In this document: positions 1 through 11,533 of the stretch, in pieces
How the letters are laid out: every line of letters starts with the position of its first letter
Position numbering within the stretch: position 1 is the stretch's first letter
DNA from: Bacteroidales bacterium
GTDB taxonomy: Bacteria > Bacteroidota > Bacteroidia > Bacteroidales > VadinHA17
DNA length: 64,000 nucleotides
Assembly (NCBI GenBank): GCA_029932855.1
Contig: JAOZPG010000011.1
Span: 29,854 to 93,853, forward strand
Direction of reading: 5' to 3'
Notes under the pieces: generated by a model
What the model was told of the DNA's origin: nothing
Seen by the model: only the letters and a program-made list of their open reading frames with translations
Database searches by the model: none
Program-made: the position numbers and the translations under genes

Positions 1-920
1 GCAACTTCGGGCCCAATGTTAAAACAAATGAAGCCGATCTGATAATTGCAATAGGAATGCGTTTTGATGACCGGGTAACAGGAAAACTTGATAAATATGC
101 CAAACAGGCAAGCATTATACATATTGAGATCGACAAGGCTGAAATAAACAAAAATGTGGACGTAGACGTGGAGATCCACGCTGATGCCAAAGAAGCCCTC
201 AGAGCCCTTAGTCCTATTATTGAAAGAAAATCACATAAAAGCTGGCTGGCCGAATTCAAAAACTGCAAAAAAACAGAGTATAATGCAGTTATAGAGAATG
301 ATTGTTATCCAAAAAAGGGAGGAATAAAGATGGGTGAAGTAATAAGACTTATCTCAGACAAGACCAATGGCGATGCAATTGTTGTTACCGATGTGGGACA
401 ACATCAGATGGCCAGTGCCAGGTACTATGAGTTCAACAAGCCAAACTCGCTTGTAACATCGGGAGGGATGGGAACAATGGGTTTTGGCATGCCTGCAGCT
501 ATAGGAGCCAGCATCGGCAAACCAGGATCCACTGTAGTATCATTTAGCGGAGACGGTGGATTTCAGATGACCATACAGGAACTTGGCACCATCATGCAGG
601 AGAAACTGCCTGTTAAAATGGTAATTCTTAATAACAGTTTTCTGGGGATGGTAAGGCAGTGGCAGGACATGTTTATGGATAAGAGATATGCATCTACAGC
701 AATGCTGAGTCCCGACTTTATAAAAGTAGCCGAAAGCTATGGCATTAAAGGGAATATGGTAGAAAACAGGGAGAAGCTTAATGAAGCCGTTGAAACAATG
801 CTGAAACATAAAGGGGCCTACCTGCTTGAAGTTCATGTTGAAAAAGAAGGTAATATTTTTCCTATGATAGAACCAGGAGCATCGGTCTCAGAAATTACAT
901 TCAGTAAAACAAATAAATAA
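1..920 (+). CDS. ilvB: Acetolactate synthase large (ThDP) subunit, C-terminal ~305 aa; 5' end outside window
   Basis: Frame 3 is open from nt 3 ([28 protein letters not shown]...), so the Met at 57 in the ORF track is internal. ThDP-binding region [16 protein letters not shown]...SGDGGFQMT...LNN is present. ilvN and ilvC follow directly. Confidence 0.9.
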   Translation, partial: NFGPNVKTNEADLIIAIGMRFDDRVTGKLDKYAKQASIIHIEIDKAEINKNVDVDVEIHADAKEALRALSPIIERKSHKSWLAEFKNCKKTEYNAVIENDCYPKKGGIKMGEVIRLISDKTNGDAIVVTDVGQHQMASARYYEFNKPNSLVTSGGMGTMGFGMPAAIGASIGKPGSTVVSFSGDGGFQMTIQELGTIMQEKLPVKMVILNNSFLGMVRQWQDMFMDKRYASTAMLSPDFIKVAESYGIKGNMVENREKLNEAVETMLKHKGAYLLEVHVEKEGNIFPMIEPGASVSEITFSKTNK

Positions 921-968
921 TAAAACATATTTAATTAGCTTTCTACTAATTACTTAATATTAAATGGA

Positions 969-1514
969 ATGAAAGAAGAATTCACAATATCTATTTTCTC
1001 GGAACATACCATAGGACTGCTTAACCAGGTAACCATTATACTTACCCGCAGACAAATAAACATTGAAAGTATCACGGCTTCAGAATCAGCTGTTAAAGGA
1101 GTTCATAAGCTTACAATTGTTGTAAATACTTCCAGGGAACTGGTTGAGAAATCAGCCAGGCAAATGGAAAAACTGGTTGATGTGCTTAAAGTTTTTGTAC
1201 ATACTCTGAATGAGATCATTTACCAGGAAATAGCCCTGTATAAGGTTAAAACCACAGAGATTATGGCCAGCAACAAAGTAGAGGAGATAGTAAGGTCTTC
1301 AACGGCAAGATTTCTTGAAATAACACCTTCTTTTGTTGTTATTGAAAAAACCGGTCACAAGCATGAAACAGCAGATCTTCTTAAAAAGCTTGAACCTTTC
1401 GGGGTTTTGCAGTTTGTTCGTTCAGGAAGAGTTGCCATTACCAAACAATTAAAAGAACTCACTTCTTACCTGAAAGAGCTGGATGAAGCAAATGGAGCCC
1501 CTAAAACCAAATAA
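969..1514 (+). CDS. ilvN: Acetolactate synthase small (regulatory, ACT-domain) subunit
   Basis: 181 aa. N-terminal ACT-like segment FTISIFSEHTIGLLNQVTIILTRRQINIESI. Sits between ilvB and ilvC. Confidence 0.85.
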   Translation: MKEEFTISIFSEHTIGLLNQVTIILTRRQINIESITASESAVKGVHKLTIVVNTSRELVEKSARQMEKLVDVLKVFVHTLNEIIYQEIALYKVKTTEIMASNKVEEIVRSSTARFLEITPSFVVIEKTGHKHETADLLKKLEPFGVLQFVRSGRVAITKQLKELTSYLKELDEANGAPKTK

Positions 1515-1566
1515 AAAAGTAAACACAGTAATATGAATTCTAAAACCTTAAATAAATAAAGTAATT

Positions 1567-2616
1567 ATGGCAAGAATTAATTTTGGCGGAGTTGAAGAGA
1601 ATGTTGTAACCAGGGATGAATTCCCTCTTCAAAAAGCACTTAACACACTTAAAGATGAAACAATAGCAATCCTTGGCTATGGTGTTCAGGGTCCCGGGCA
1701 ATCTTTAAACCTGAAAGACAACGGATTTAATGTAATTGTAGGGCAAAGAAAAGATTCCGACAGCTGGAAAAAAGCCATTAAAGACGGCTGGACACCGGGG
1801 AAAGATCTTTTCGAAATTGAAGAAGCATGCGAAAAAGGAAGTATTTTACAGTACCTGCTTTCTGATGCTGGTCAGATAGCCATGTGGCCTACAGTAAAAA
1901 AATACCTTACAAGCGGAAAAGCATTGTATTTTTCTCATGGCTTCGGTATTACCTATAGCGAAAAAACCGGCATAATACCACCTGATGATGTTGATGTAAT
2001 CCTGGTAGCGCCAAAAGGATCAGGAACATCACTGAGAAGGTTATTCCTTAATGGTGAGGGCCTGAATTCAAGCTATGCAATTTATCAGGACGCAACAGGC
2101 AAAGCATGGGACAGAGTTATTGCCCTTGGAATAGGAGTTGGTTCGGGTTACCTTTTCGAGACCGATTTTAAAAGAGAAGTTTATAGCGACCTCACAGGAG
2201 AAAGAGGAGTACTTATGGGAGCCATAGCCGGTATAATGGAAGCCCAGTACAATCTGCTCAGAAGCAAGGGACATACACCCTCAGAAGCTTTTAATGAGAC
2301 TGTTGAAGAACTTACACAAAGTCTGTTACCTCTTGTTGGTGAAAATGGCATGGACTGGATGTATGCTAATTGCTCAACCACTGCCCAGAGGGGTGCTCTG
2401 GACTGGAAAAACAGGTTCAGGGATGCCGTTGCACCGGTATTTAAAGATCTCTACGAGAGCGTTGCTTCAGGAAATGAAGCAGAGATAACCATTGAGGCTA
2501 ACAAGAAACCCGATTACAGGATCGGGCTGCAAGCCGAACTGAACGAGATACATGAGTCCGAAATGTGGCAGGCAGGGGCACAGGTTAGGAAACTCCGGCC
2601 GGGAAAGACGGAATGA
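1567..2616 (+). CDS. ilvC: Ketol-acid reductoisomerase (class I)
   Basis: 349 aa. Dinucleotide-binding motif ILGYGVQGPGQSLNLKDNG. Length and context are typical of class I KARI. Confidence 0.9.
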   Translation: MARINFGGVEENVVTRDEFPLQKALNTLKDETIAILGYGVQGPGQSLNLKDNGFNVIVGQRKDSDSWKKAIKDGWTPGKDLFEIEEACEKGSILQYLLSDAGQIAMWPTVKKYLTSGKALYFSHGFGITYSEKTGIIPPDDVDVILVAPKGSGTSLRRLFLNGEGLNSSYAIYQDATGKAWDRVIALGIGVGSGYLFETDFKREVYSDLTGERGVLMGAIAGIMEAQYNLLRSKGHTPSEAFNETVEELTQSLLPLVGENGMDWMYANCSTTAQRGALDWKNRFRDAVAPVFKDLYESVASGNEAEITIEANKKPDYRIGLQAELNEIHESEMWQAGAQVRKLRPGKTE

Positions 2617-2672
2617 TCAGCAAAGTCCGGCATATAAATTATTGTATTAGATAAACAATTAGATACCAAAAC

Positions 2673-4187
2673 ATGGAAGATAAGATATTCGTATTTGACA
2701 CTACCCTGAGAGACGGGGAACAGGTGCCGGGTTGCCAGCTGAACACGGTTGAAAAGATAGAGGTTGGTAAATCCCTGGAGTTGCTGGGAGTAGATATTAT
2801 TGAAGCAGGTTTCCCCGTTTCAAGTCCCGGAGACTTCTCATCTGTGGTAGAACTCTCAAAAGCTGTCACAAAGCCTGTTATATGTGCATTGACAAGGGCA
2901 GTGGAAAATGATATAGATGTGGCAGCCCAGGCTCTGCAATATGCAAAGAGAAAAAGGATACATACAGGCATAGGAACCTCCTATTACCATATTAATTACA
3001 AGCTTAATTCTAACCGGGATGAGATAATTGAAAGAGCAAAGGCTGCTGTGAAGTATGCAAAAAAATATGTCGAAGACGTGGAATTCTATGCCGAGGATGC
3101 AGGGAGGACAGAGAATGAATATCTGGCCCGCGTTGTGGAAGCAGTTATTGCTGCAGGGGCAACAGTGGTAAATATCCCCGACACTACAGGATATTGCCTG
3201 CCCAGTGAGTTTGGAGAGAAAATAAAGTACCTTGTGGAAAATGTTAAGAACATAGATAAGGCTGTTATCTCCACTCACTGCCATAACGATCTTGGTATGG
3301 CAACAGCCAATACCCTGACAGGGATACAAAATGGTGCCAGGCAGGTAGAAGTAACAATAAACGGAATAGGTGAACGTGCCGGGAACACTTCTCTGGAGGA
3401 AGTTGTAATGAGCCTTAAAAGCCATAAAGATCTTCCTTTCAGAACAGATATCGACTCCCGGAGAATACACCATACAAGCCGTCTTGTTTCAACTCTTATG
3501 CGTATGCCTGTACAAGCGAATAAAGCTATTGTGGGAAGAAATGCTTTTGCACACTCTTCAGGTATTCACCAGGATGGTGTACTAAAAAATCGTGAGAACT
3601 ACGAGATAATTGATCCTAAGGATGTAGGAATTAAAGAATCATCAATAGTTCTTACAGCACGCAGCGGAAGGGCTGCTCTTAACCACAGGCTGGAAATACT
3701 GGGCTATAAGTTCGACAAGAAAAAATTAACAGAGATATACCACGATTTCCTGGTGCTTGCCGACAAGAAAAAAGATATAAAAGACGATGACCTGAAAGCC
3801 CTTGCAGGAAAATCAGAAAATGAAGAATCAGCCATGAAGCTGGAGCTGCTGCAGGTTGTTAGTGGTAAGTCTGTAATACCTATGGCTACCGTTCAGTTAA
3901 AGATCAACAATGAGGTACTGAAAGCAACTGCAACGGGTAACGGTCCCATAGACGCTGCCTTTTCAGCCGTAAAACAACTTATCAACAGGAAGGTTCACCT
4001 TGAAGAGTTCCTTATCCAGGCCATAACAAGGGGAAGTGACGATCTGGGCAAGGTTCATGTTCAGATAGAAAACCGGGGGACCCTGTATTACGGCTTTTCA
4101 GCAAATACAGATATAATCACAGCCTCGGTGGAAGCTTTCATTGATGCTGTTTCAAAATGCTGTCTTTTCAAAAATGGAAAGAAATAA
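2673..4187 (+). CDS. leuA: 2-isopropylmalate synthase
   Basis: 504 aa. HMGL-like barrel motifs [10 protein letters not shown] and [19 protein letters not shown], plus a C-terminal LeuA-dimer/regulatory-type region. Directly upstream of leuCD. Confidence 0.85.
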   Translation: MEDKIFVFDTTLRDGEQVPGCQLNTVEKIEVGKSLELLGVDIIEAGFPVSSPGDFSSVVELSKAVTKPVICALTRAVENDIDVAAQALQYAKRKRIHTGIGTSYYHINYKLNSNRDEIIERAKAAVKYAKKYVEDVEFYAEDAGRTENEYLARVVEAVIAAGATVVNIPDTTGYCLPSEFGEKIKYLVENVKNIDKAVISTHCHNDLGMATANTLTGIQNGARQVEVTINGIGERAGNTSLEEVVMSLKSHKDLPFRTDIDSRRIHHTSRLVSTLMRMPVQANKAIVGRNAFAHSSGIHQDGVLKNRENYEIIDPKDVGIKESSIVLTARSGRAALNHRLEILGYKFDKKKLTEIYHDFLVLADKKKDIKDDDLKALAGKSENEESAMKLELLQVVSGKSVIPMATVQLKINNEVLKATATGNGPIDAAFSAVKQLINRKVHLEEFLIQAITRGSDDLGKVHVQIENRGTLYYGFSANTDIITASVEAFIDAVSKCCLFKNGKK

Positions 4188-4242
4188 TACTGAAAATCTT
4201 AAATTGTTGAATCGATTATCCGGGACTGAAAATTAAAAACAT

Positions 4243-5646
4243 ATGATTGCAAAAACACTATTCGATAAGATCTGGGATTCACACGTAGTATCTTCTATAC
4301 CCGAAGGCCCTGATGTATTATATATCGACAGGCACCTTATTCACGAGGTTACCAGTCCCCAGGCATTTACGGGTATTGAGAACAGGGGACTTAAGGTATT
4401 CAGGCCCGAAAAGACAATTGCAACAGCCGATCATAACATACCAACAAAAGACCAGCACCTGCCCATTAAGGATTCCCTTTCAAGACTTCAGGTAGAAAAA
4501 CTTACAGACAACTGTAAGAAACATGGTATTGATCTCTATGGCCTGGGCCATCCTAAGAATGGCATTGTACATGTTATTGGTCCCGAACTGGGCATTACAC
4601 AACCTGGAATGACAATGGTCTGCGGTGACAGCCATACCTCAACCCACGGAGCCTTTGGCAGCATTGCTTTTGGCATTGGTACAAGCGAGGTGGAAATGGT
4701 AATGGCCAGCCAGTGCATACTACAGCCCAAGCCTAAGAAGATGAGGATAAACATAGATGGTACACTGGGCAAAGGACTTAGTTCCAAAGACATTATCCTG
4801 TATATAATATCCAAAATATCTGCCAGCGGCGGAACAGGATTTTTTATTGAATTTGCCGGATCAACAATAAGGGCACTCAGTATGGAAGCCAGAATGACCA
4901 TATGCAATATGAGCATTGAGATGGGTGCCCGGGGCGGTCTTATTGCACCTGATGATACCACCTTTAATTATGTTAAAGGCAGGGAATTCAGTCCCAAAAA
5001 TGCAGACTGGGACAAGGCCATGAAGGTATGGAGCAAACTTAAGACTGACAATGACGCAAAGTTTGACAGGGAATTACATTATAAGGCTGAAGACATCGTT
5101 CCCATGATCACCTACGGCACAAATCCCGGTATGGGGATAAAGATCACTGATAAAATTCCTCTCAGCAAATCCCTGCCGGAGGGAAGCAGGGCCTCCTTTG
5201 AAAAATCACTTGCATATATGGGATTTGAAGCCGGCTCATCAATGATAGGTAAGAAAGTAGATTATGTTTTTCTTGGAAGCTGCACTAATGGAAGGATAGA
5301 AGATATAAGAGCCTTTGCCGGAATTGTTAAAGGAAAGAAAAAGGCTGAGGGGATAACCGCCTGGATAGTACCCGGATCAAAGCTTGTGGAAAAGCAGGCC
5401 AAAGAGGAAGGTCTTGAAAAGATACTCAATGATGCCGGATTTGAGCTCAGGCAGCCCGGTTGCTCGGCATGCCTGGCCATGAATGATGACAAAATACCGG
5501 AAGGTAAATATTCGGTCTCTACCTCCAACAGGAATTTTGAAGGCCGCCAGGGACCGGGGGCAAGAACAATGCTTGCAAGTCCCCTCACTGCAGCTGCAGC
5601 TGCCATAACAGGAAAAATCAGTGATCCCTCAGATTTTATTAATTAA
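4243..5646 (+). CDS. leuC: 3-isopropylmalate dehydratase large subunit
   Basis: 467 aa aconitase-family protein. Has [21 protein letters not shown] and [11 protein letters not shown] Fe-S ligand motifs. Confidence 0.9.
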   Translation: MIAKTLFDKIWDSHVVSSIPEGPDVLYIDRHLIHEVTSPQAFTGIENRGLKVFRPEKTIATADHNIPTKDQHLPIKDSLSRLQVEKLTDNCKKHGIDLYGLGHPKNGIVHVIGPELGITQPGMTMVCGDSHTSTHGAFGSIAFGIGTSEVEMVMASQCILQPKPKKMRINIDGTLGKGLSSKDIILYIISKISASGGTGFFIEFAGSTIRALSMEARMTICNMSIEMGARGGLIAPDDTTFNYVKGREFSPKNADWDKAMKVWSKLKTDNDAKFDRELHYKAEDIVPMITYGTNPGMGIKITDKIPLSKSLPEGSRASFEKSLAYMGFEAGSSMIGKKVDYVFLGSCTNGRIEDIRAFAGIVKGKKKAEGITAWIVPGSKLVEKQAKEEGLEKILNDAGFELRQPGCSACLAMNDDKIPEGKYSVSTSNRNFEGRQGPGARTMLASPLTAAAAAITGKISDPSDFIN

Positions 5647-5672
5647 ACTTATACCAAAATACAATAAAGCCA

Positions 5673-6263
5673 ATGTCAGTTGATAAATTTAACATACTTG
5701 AATCAGCATTTGTGCCACTGCCGGTTGAAAATGTCGATACAGACCAGATAATTCCTGCCAGGTTTTTAAAAGCAACAGTGCGTGAAGGCTTTGGCGAGAA
5801 GCTGTTCATGGACTGGAGATATGATGAAGATGAAAAGGAAAAAGATGATTTTGTTCTAAATAACAAAAAGTATTCCGGAAGCATACTTGTCGCAGGAAGG
5901 AATTTCGGAAGCGGGTCAAGCAGGGAACATGCTGCCTGGGCTATATACGACTATGGCTTTAAGGTTGTGGTATCCAGCTTTTTTGCAGACATCTTTAAAA
6001 ATAATGCCCTTAATAATGGCTTATTACCGGTACAGGTATCTCCCGGCTTCCTTGAAGATCTCTTTATGGAAAACTCTAAAGATGCCGGGTGTATGCTAAG
6101 GATTGATCTTCCTGAACAGGAAATCACTATACTGAAAAACGGCAGAAAGGAAAAATTTGATATCAATCACTATAAAAAAGAATGCCTGCTAAATGGCTAT
6201 GATGATATTGATTACCTGTTAAGCATGAAAGAGAAGATACTTGAATTTGAAAAGAAACTCTAA
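5673..6263 (+). CDS. leuD: 3-isopropylmalate dehydratase small subunit
   Basis: 196 aa. Aconitase swivel-domain motif [16 protein letters not shown]. Confidence 0.9.
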   Translation: MSVDKFNILESAFVPLPVENVDTDQIIPARFLKATVREGFGEKLFMDWRYDEDEKEKDDFVLNNKKYSGSILVAGRNFGSGSSREHAAWAIYDYGFKVVVSSFFADIFKNNALNNGLLPVQVSPGFLEDLFMENSKDAGCMLRIDLPEQEITILKNGRKEKFDINHYKKECLLNGYDDIDYLLSMKEKILEFEKKL

Positions 6264-6273
6264 ACCAGGGACC

Positions 6274-7785
6274 ATGACTATAGAGATAATGGATACAACA
6301 CTTCGCGACGGAGAGCAAACCCAGGGGGTTTCCTTTTCTCCCCTCGAGAAGTTGCATATAGCATCACTTCTGCTTAAGGAGGTGGGTGTTGACAGGATTG
6401 AGGTTGCCTCGGCGAGGGTCTCTGAAGGTGAGTTCGAGGGAACAAAAAAAATAATGGACTGGGCTGCAGAGAATGGCTATACCGACAATGTTGAAGTGCT
6501 TGGTTTTGTGGATGGGGATATTTCTCTCGACTGGATACAAAGAGCCGGGGGACAAACCATAAACCTGCTGACAAAAGGTTCACTGAATCATGTAAGGGGA
6601 CAACTAAAGAAAACTCCTGAAGAACACCTGGCCGATATCAATAAGCTCCTTGAAGAAGCTGAAAAGAGAAATATCAATGTAAATATATATTTCGAAGACT
6701 GGTCGAACGGAATGAAAAATTCGATTGATTATGTTTACTTCCTTGTTGATGCCCTGCAGGAAAAAAACATTAAACGATATATGCTGCCCGATACCCTGGG
6801 AATACTTAACCAGGAGGAGACTGCCAGGTATATAGGACTGATGGTTGATCGTTATCCCTGTCTTCATTTCGATTTCCATGCCCATAATGATTACGACCTG
6901 GCTGTTGCCAATGTATATTCAGCAATAAAAGCAGGTGTTAGGGGAATACATACTACCGTAAACGGACTGGGTGAAAGAGCAGGGAATGCACCCCTTTCAA
7001 GTATTATAGGTGTTTTGAACGATCATCTGGGTGTTAAGACCGGGCTTAATGAGTCTAAGATCAATAAGATAAGCAGCCTTACCGAGACATTTTCGGGACT
7101 CAGGATCCCGGCCAATAAACCTATAATCGGGGATAATGTTTTCACACAAACATCCGGAATACATGCCGATGGAGACAGTAAGAACAAGCTCTACTTCAAT
7201 GACCTCCTGCCTGAACGCTTTGGAAGGAAAAGAAAATATGCCATGGGCAAGCTGTCAGGTAAGGCAAACATCGTCAAAAACCTTGAAAAGCTGGGCTTGC
7301 ACCTAAGTCAGGAATCACTCAAAAAGGTAACTCAAAAAGTTATTGAACTGGGAGACAAAAAAGAAAATGTCACAACCGAGGATCTCCCTTATATTATCTC
7401 TGATGTACTGGCGAATAATAGCAGGGAACATAGCGTTTTTATAAAGAATTTCTCCCTGTCATTATCATCCGGCATGAAGCCTCTTGCAAGTATCCAGCTT
7501 GAAATAAACGAGAAACTGTATGAAGAGACATCTATTGGGGACGGGCAATACGATGCATTTATGAAGGCTCTGTGGAAGATATATGACAGCCTCGATAAGG
7601 AACATCCTGTATTGACAGATTACAGGGTTTCCATACCCCCGGGCGGCCGGACAGATGCCCTGGTGGAGACAAAGATCAGCTGGCAGTTCCAGGACAAACA
7701 GTTTGTGACCAAGGGCCTGGATGCCGACCAGACCGAAGCAGCAATAAAGGCAACCGAAAAAATGCTTAATATATTAGAGGGCTAA
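6274..7785 (+). CDS. cimA: Second LeuA-family synthase, probably (R)-citramalate synthase (CimA-like)
   Basis: [39 protein letters not shown]. About 500 aa with a C-terminal regulatory-type domain. I chose the start MTIEIMDTT at 6274 rather than 6241, which would overlap leuD. Assigning citramalate rather than isopropylmalate or homocitrate as product is inference. Confidence 0.55.
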   Translation: MTIEIMDTTLRDGEQTQGVSFSPLEKLHIASLLLKEVGVDRIEVASARVSEGEFEGTKKIMDWAAENGYTDNVEVLGFVDGDISLDWIQRAGGQTINLLTKGSLNHVRGQLKKTPEEHLADINKLLEEAEKRNINVNIYFEDWSNGMKNSIDYVYFLVDALQEKNIKRYMLPDTLGILNQEETARYIGLMVDRYPCLHFDFHAHNDYDLAVANVYSAIKAGVRGIHTTVNGLGERAGNAPLSSIIGVLNDHLGVKTGLNESKINKISSLTETFSGLRIPANKPIIGDNVFTQTSGIHADGDSKNKLYFNDLLPERFGRKRKYAMGKLSGKANIVKNLEKLGLHLSQESLKKVTQKVIELGDKKENVTTEDLPYIISDVLANNSREHSVFIKNFSLSLSSGMKPLASIQLEINEKLYEETSIGDGQYDAFMKALWKIYDSLDKEHPVLTDYRVSIPPGGRTDALVETKISWQFQDKQFVTKGLDADQTEAAIKATEKMLNILEG

Positions 7786-7852
7786 GCGTAAATAAACGTG
7801 GAAATCCAGACTATAGGGAAAGAGAAAATGATATAAATAGAAAAAAATAAAA

Positions 7853-8920
7853 ATGAAATTAAATATTGCAGTACTCCCGGGCGACGGGATAGGAAAAGAA
7901 ATAATTGAACAGGCAAAGAAAGTTGTTGTGGCCATAGCTGATAATTTCGCACACGATGTAAACTTCACACATGCCATTGTGGGTGCCACCGCCATAGATA
8001 AAACCGGCAACCCCTTCCCGGATGAAACATTTGAGATATGCAAAGCCTCTGATGCCGTTTTATTTGGGGCCATTGGTGATCCTAAATACGATAATGACCC
8101 AAAAGCAAAAGTTCGTCCCGAGCAGGGACTTCTGTCCATGCGTAAAAAACTGGGACTTTATGCAAACCTCAGGCCTGTAACAACATTCAAGTCACTACTT
8201 GGCAAGTCCCCCATAAGGCAGGACCTCGTGCAAAATGTTGACATACTGGTTATAAGGGAGCTTACAGGAGGAATATACTTCGGGGAAAAAGGAAGAACAG
8301 ATAATGGAAATACTGCCTTTGACACAAACACATACACCCGCGAAGAGATTGACAGGATAGTAAGACTGGCATGTGACTATGCTATGAAAAGGGATAAGAA
8401 GCTTACAGTTGTTGACAAGGCCAATGTGCTTGAGACATCCAGGCTGTGGAGGGAAACTGCCCAGGAGATAATAAAGGAATATGATGGCCTGGAGACTGAA
8501 TATATGTTTGTAGATAATGCTGCAATGCAGCTGATACAGGGACCCGGCAATTTCGACGTGATGGTAACAGAAAACATGTTCGGTGATATACTTACCGACG
8601 AGGCAAGTGTTATAACCGGCTCGCTGGGACTCTTGCCATCTGCCTCAATAGGAAGCTCAACATCGGTCTTTGAACCAATTCATGGATCTTATCCCCAGGC
8701 AGCAGGAAAGAACATCGCCAATCCGCTTGGCACGATACTTTCAGCAGCTATGATGTTTGAATATGCGTTTAATTTAAAAGATGAAGCCAGGCTTATTGAA
8801 GAAGCAGTTGAAAAATCTCTGGAAGAAAATTATTCAACCGAAGATATTAACAGAAATAATCCACGCTCAACATCCGAAGTTGGCGACTGGATAGTAAAGT
8901 TTATTCAAGGAATTAAATAA
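7853..8920 (+). CDS. leuB: 3-isopropylmalate dehydrogenase
   Basis: 355 aa. N-terminus [13 protein letters not shown] and [22 protein letters not shown] motifs of the isocitrate/isopropylmalate dehydrogenase family. Confidence 0.9.
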   Translation: MKLNIAVLPGDGIGKEIIEQAKKVVVAIADNFAHDVNFTHAIVGATAIDKTGNPFPDETFEICKASDAVLFGAIGDPKYDNDPKAKVRPEQGLLSMRKKLGLYANLRPVTTFKSLLGKSPIRQDLVQNVDILVIRELTGGIYFGEKGRTDNGNTAFDTNTYTREEIDRIVRLACDYAMKRDKKLTVVDKANVLETSRLWRETAQEIIKEYDGLETEYMFVDNAAMQLIQGPGNFDVMVTENMFGDILTDEASVITGSLGLLPSASIGSSTSVFEPIHGSYPQAAGKNIANPLGTILSAAMMFEYAFNLKDEARLIEEAVEKSLEENYSTEDINRNNPRSTSEVGDWIVKFIQGIK

Positions 8921-9357
8921 GAGCTTATCAACAGGCTTGATAGAAAGCCTTCCCTGATTATGACTTCTTCCCTGAACAGGACTCAAGAAGCATAAATCGG
9001 ATAGAAAGAAGAATTGGACGATGGTAAACTGTCGCTTAAGTGGCATGCATCTATTCCCCGGAAAAACTTCATACTGTGATTCTTTAATCCCGAAATGGCT
9101 CTTTATATGTTTTCATTTTCGTTCAATATCTTTTTTTAGTTTCCTGATGAAAATATTAATGTAAATCGCTTTAAAAAAAACAATTATTCTATTTGATATT
9201 ACAACAAATAATCATTTAATTTGTTCCGTTGTAAATTAATCATATATTTTTTTATCTTGTAGTGTTCACAACAAAATGATTTAAAACTATTTTCATCAAA
9301 GATCCGATCCTGATTAATTTATGAATTAAACAGGCTGATTATCCGAAATATGGAATT

Positions 9358-10173
9358 ATGACCGGGAAACAAACAAATCCAACATTTTTAATCAATAATT
9401 TATTTGCCTCCTTAAGTAAATCTGAAAAACGTGTTGCCGAATTTGTTCAGAAACATATGGATGAAACAGTAGTATTAACCCTGCAGGGACTTGCAGATAA
9501 GTGTAATACAAGTGATGCAACTGTGCTCCGTTTCTGTCGTTCATTAGGTTATCATGGTTTTGCAGACTTTAAAGTGTCATTGGTCCCCGAACTGTTACGA
9601 TCTGGGGAAAAAGCCTATATTGATGTAAATAGCCAGGAAGAACCACAGGATCTGCGAGAAGCATTCAGACAAAATTTTATTATCCAGACTGATTCGACAC
9701 TTCAAAATTGTAATGTTGATACCCTGGGATTAATTGCATCAAAAATTTATAAAGCCAATAAAGTAGTACTTGTCGGCATAGGTGGTTCAGCAGGGGTTGC
9801 TGAAATATTTTGTGATTCACTTGGCAGCCTTGGAATTTTCAGTAATTTTTTCAGAGACCGTTCACTGATACAGAATATTATTCCAATTCTAAAACAGGAT
9901 GATGTAGTTGTTGGCATTTCACATTCCGGAGAAACAGAAGAAATTGTAAGAGCAATTGATAAAGCCAAAGAGTATGGTGCTACAACAGTTGGCATTACAA
10001 ATTCTTCTCAATCAAAAATAGCAAGCATTGCCGAATTTCCATTAACAACCGGCGTGCCTGTGAATATGATGGGAAGTTATTCCTGCCAGGCCAGAATATC
10101 CCAGTTAGTCATTCTGGAATTGTTACTGAGTGAAATTGCAAAATTATTTATTAATAATCCAAATAAAAAATAA
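9358..10173 (+). CDS. RpiR/MurR-family transcriptional regulator (HTH_6 + SIS domain)
   Basis: N-terminal LSKSEKRVAEFV...LQGLADKCNTSDATVLRFCRSLGYHGFADFK helix-turn-helix. C-terminal SIS domain VVLVGIGGSAGVAE...GISHSGETEE. Confidence 0.8.
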   Translation: MTGKQTNPTFLINNLFASLSKSEKRVAEFVQKHMDETVVLTLQGLADKCNTSDATVLRFCRSLGYHGFADFKVSLVPELLRSGEKAYIDVNSQEEPQDLREAFRQNFIIQTDSTLQNCNVDTLGLIASKIYKANKVVLVGIGGSAGVAEIFCDSLGSLGIFSNFFRDRSLIQNIIPILKQDDVVVGISHSGETEEIVRAIDKAKEYGATTVGITNSSQSKIASIAEFPLTTGVPVNMMGSYSCQARISQLVILELLLSEIAKLFINNPNKK

Positions 10174-11509
10174 CGTGTTAGGAGAACCAACATTAATACC
10201 GGGAAACAATAGTTTCAAAAAAGATCCAAAATATGAATTATGGAGATATAAAATATTTGGGATAACATGGCTGGCTTATGCCGGATTTTATCTTACGCGA
10301 GCCTCATTTTCTATTGCCAAAATTGGAATCACAGGAGATCCTGACATTGATTTGTCTATTGAGCAGATAGGTATGATTGATGGCCTCTATCTTATCGGTT
10401 ATGCTGTAGGAATGTTTGTCTGGGGAATACTTGGTGATAAATTTGGAACCAGGAAAATAGTTCTTGGAGGATTAACAGCATCTATTGTTGCCGGCTTTGC
10501 AATGGGCGTTTCTTCAGTTATGCTGGCATTTGGTGTCTTTTCACTTATTCAGGGACTAAGCCAATCTACAGGATGGGCCCCTCTGACAAAAAATGTCTCT
10601 TCCTGGTTCTCATTAAAAGAACGCGGTGTGGTTATGGGATGGTGGGCAACAAATTATACTATTGGCGGTTTGGTTGGGGCTCCTATTGCAGGATTTGCTG
10701 CAGCATATTTCTTGGATTGGAGATATGCATTTTTTATTCCTGCCCTCATACTTTTGATTGTTTTGATCTTATTTTATTTTATCCAGAAAAACAAGCCCAA
10801 AGATGTAGGTCTTCCAAGCATTGAGGAGTATCATAATGAACCTGTATCTAAAGTGCTGGATGAAAATGGCGATGAAAAAGTGTCTGAAGGATCATGGAAA
10901 CTGATTGTTGGTGTTATAAAGAATCCTATGGTTTTACTGCTTGGCTCCATGTATTTCTTTTTAAAACCCACCCGGTATGCAATCCTGTTCTGGGGCCCCC
11001 TGTATATTAGTGAATCACTGGGGAAAGGAGCTGCAGAATCGGCCGTTATAAACGGGGCATTTTTCCTGGCAGGTCCTTTGTCTGTATTGGCTGGCGGATA
11101 TGCTTCTGATAAGTTATTTCAATCACGTCGAATGCCATATAGTGCTATTTCAATGATACTCCTGGCCATTCTGTTATTTTTCTTCGATGATATTGCAGGT
11201 GCTTATCACAGTAGTATGGTTTCAGCCGGACTCTTGTTTATGCTGGGATTCTTTCTTTATGGGCCGGATTCACTTGTCAGTGCTACTGCTGCAGTCGATT
11301 TTGGAACAAGTAAAGGAGCTTCAACAGCATCTGGTATAATTAATGGTATGGGTTCTGTAGGTGCAATTATAGGAGGTACAATCCCCGGGTTTTTTAAGGA
11401 AACCTGGGGCTGGAATGGTGTTTTTATGATGTTGGCAATATCTATTTTAATAGCCAGTATGCTAATGATCTCTAAATGGAATGCGCTTCCAAAAAGCGTT
11501 GATAAATAA
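10130..11509 (+). CDS. MFS transporter, organophosphate:Pi antiporter (GlpT/UhpC-like) family
   Basis: About 12 predicted TM segments. N-terminal WRYKIFGITWLAYAGFYLTRASFSIAK resembles the GlpT/UhpT signature region. The start is uncertain: ATG 10130 overlaps the regulator by 44 nt, and an in-frame GTG at 10175 lies just after its stop codon. Confidence 0.75.
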   Translation: MKLQNYLLIIQIKNNVLGEPTLIPGNNSFKKDPKYELWRYKIFGITWLAYAGFYLTRASFSIAKIGITGDPDIDLSIEQIGMIDGLYLIGYAVGMFVWGILGDKFGTRKIVLGGLTASIVAGFAMGVSSVMLAFGVFSLIQGLSQSTGWAPLTKNVSSWFSLKERGVVMGWWATNYTIGGLVGAPIAGFAAAYFLDWRYAFFIPALILLIVLILFYFIQKNKPKDVGLPSIEEYHNEPVSKVLDENGDEKVSEGSWKLIVGVIKNPMVLLLGSMYFFLKPTRYAILFWGPLYISESLGKGAAESAVINGAFFLAGPLSVLAGGYASDKLFQSRRMPYSAISMILLAILLFFFDDIAGAYHSSMVSAGLLFMLGFFLYGPDSLVSATAAVDFGTSKGASTASGIINGMGSVGAIIGGTIPGFFKETWGWNGVFMMLAISILIASMLMISKWNALPKSVDK

Positions 11510-11533
11510 CAAGAACTAATAGAAAATAATAAT

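Noticed and set aside
6241-6273. Upstream ATG (6241) for the CimA-like gene
   Set aside because: It would overlap leuD by 23 nt and add a non-conserved [11 protein letters not shown] extension. The ATG at 6274 places the DTTLRDGEQ motif at the usual distance from the N-terminus.
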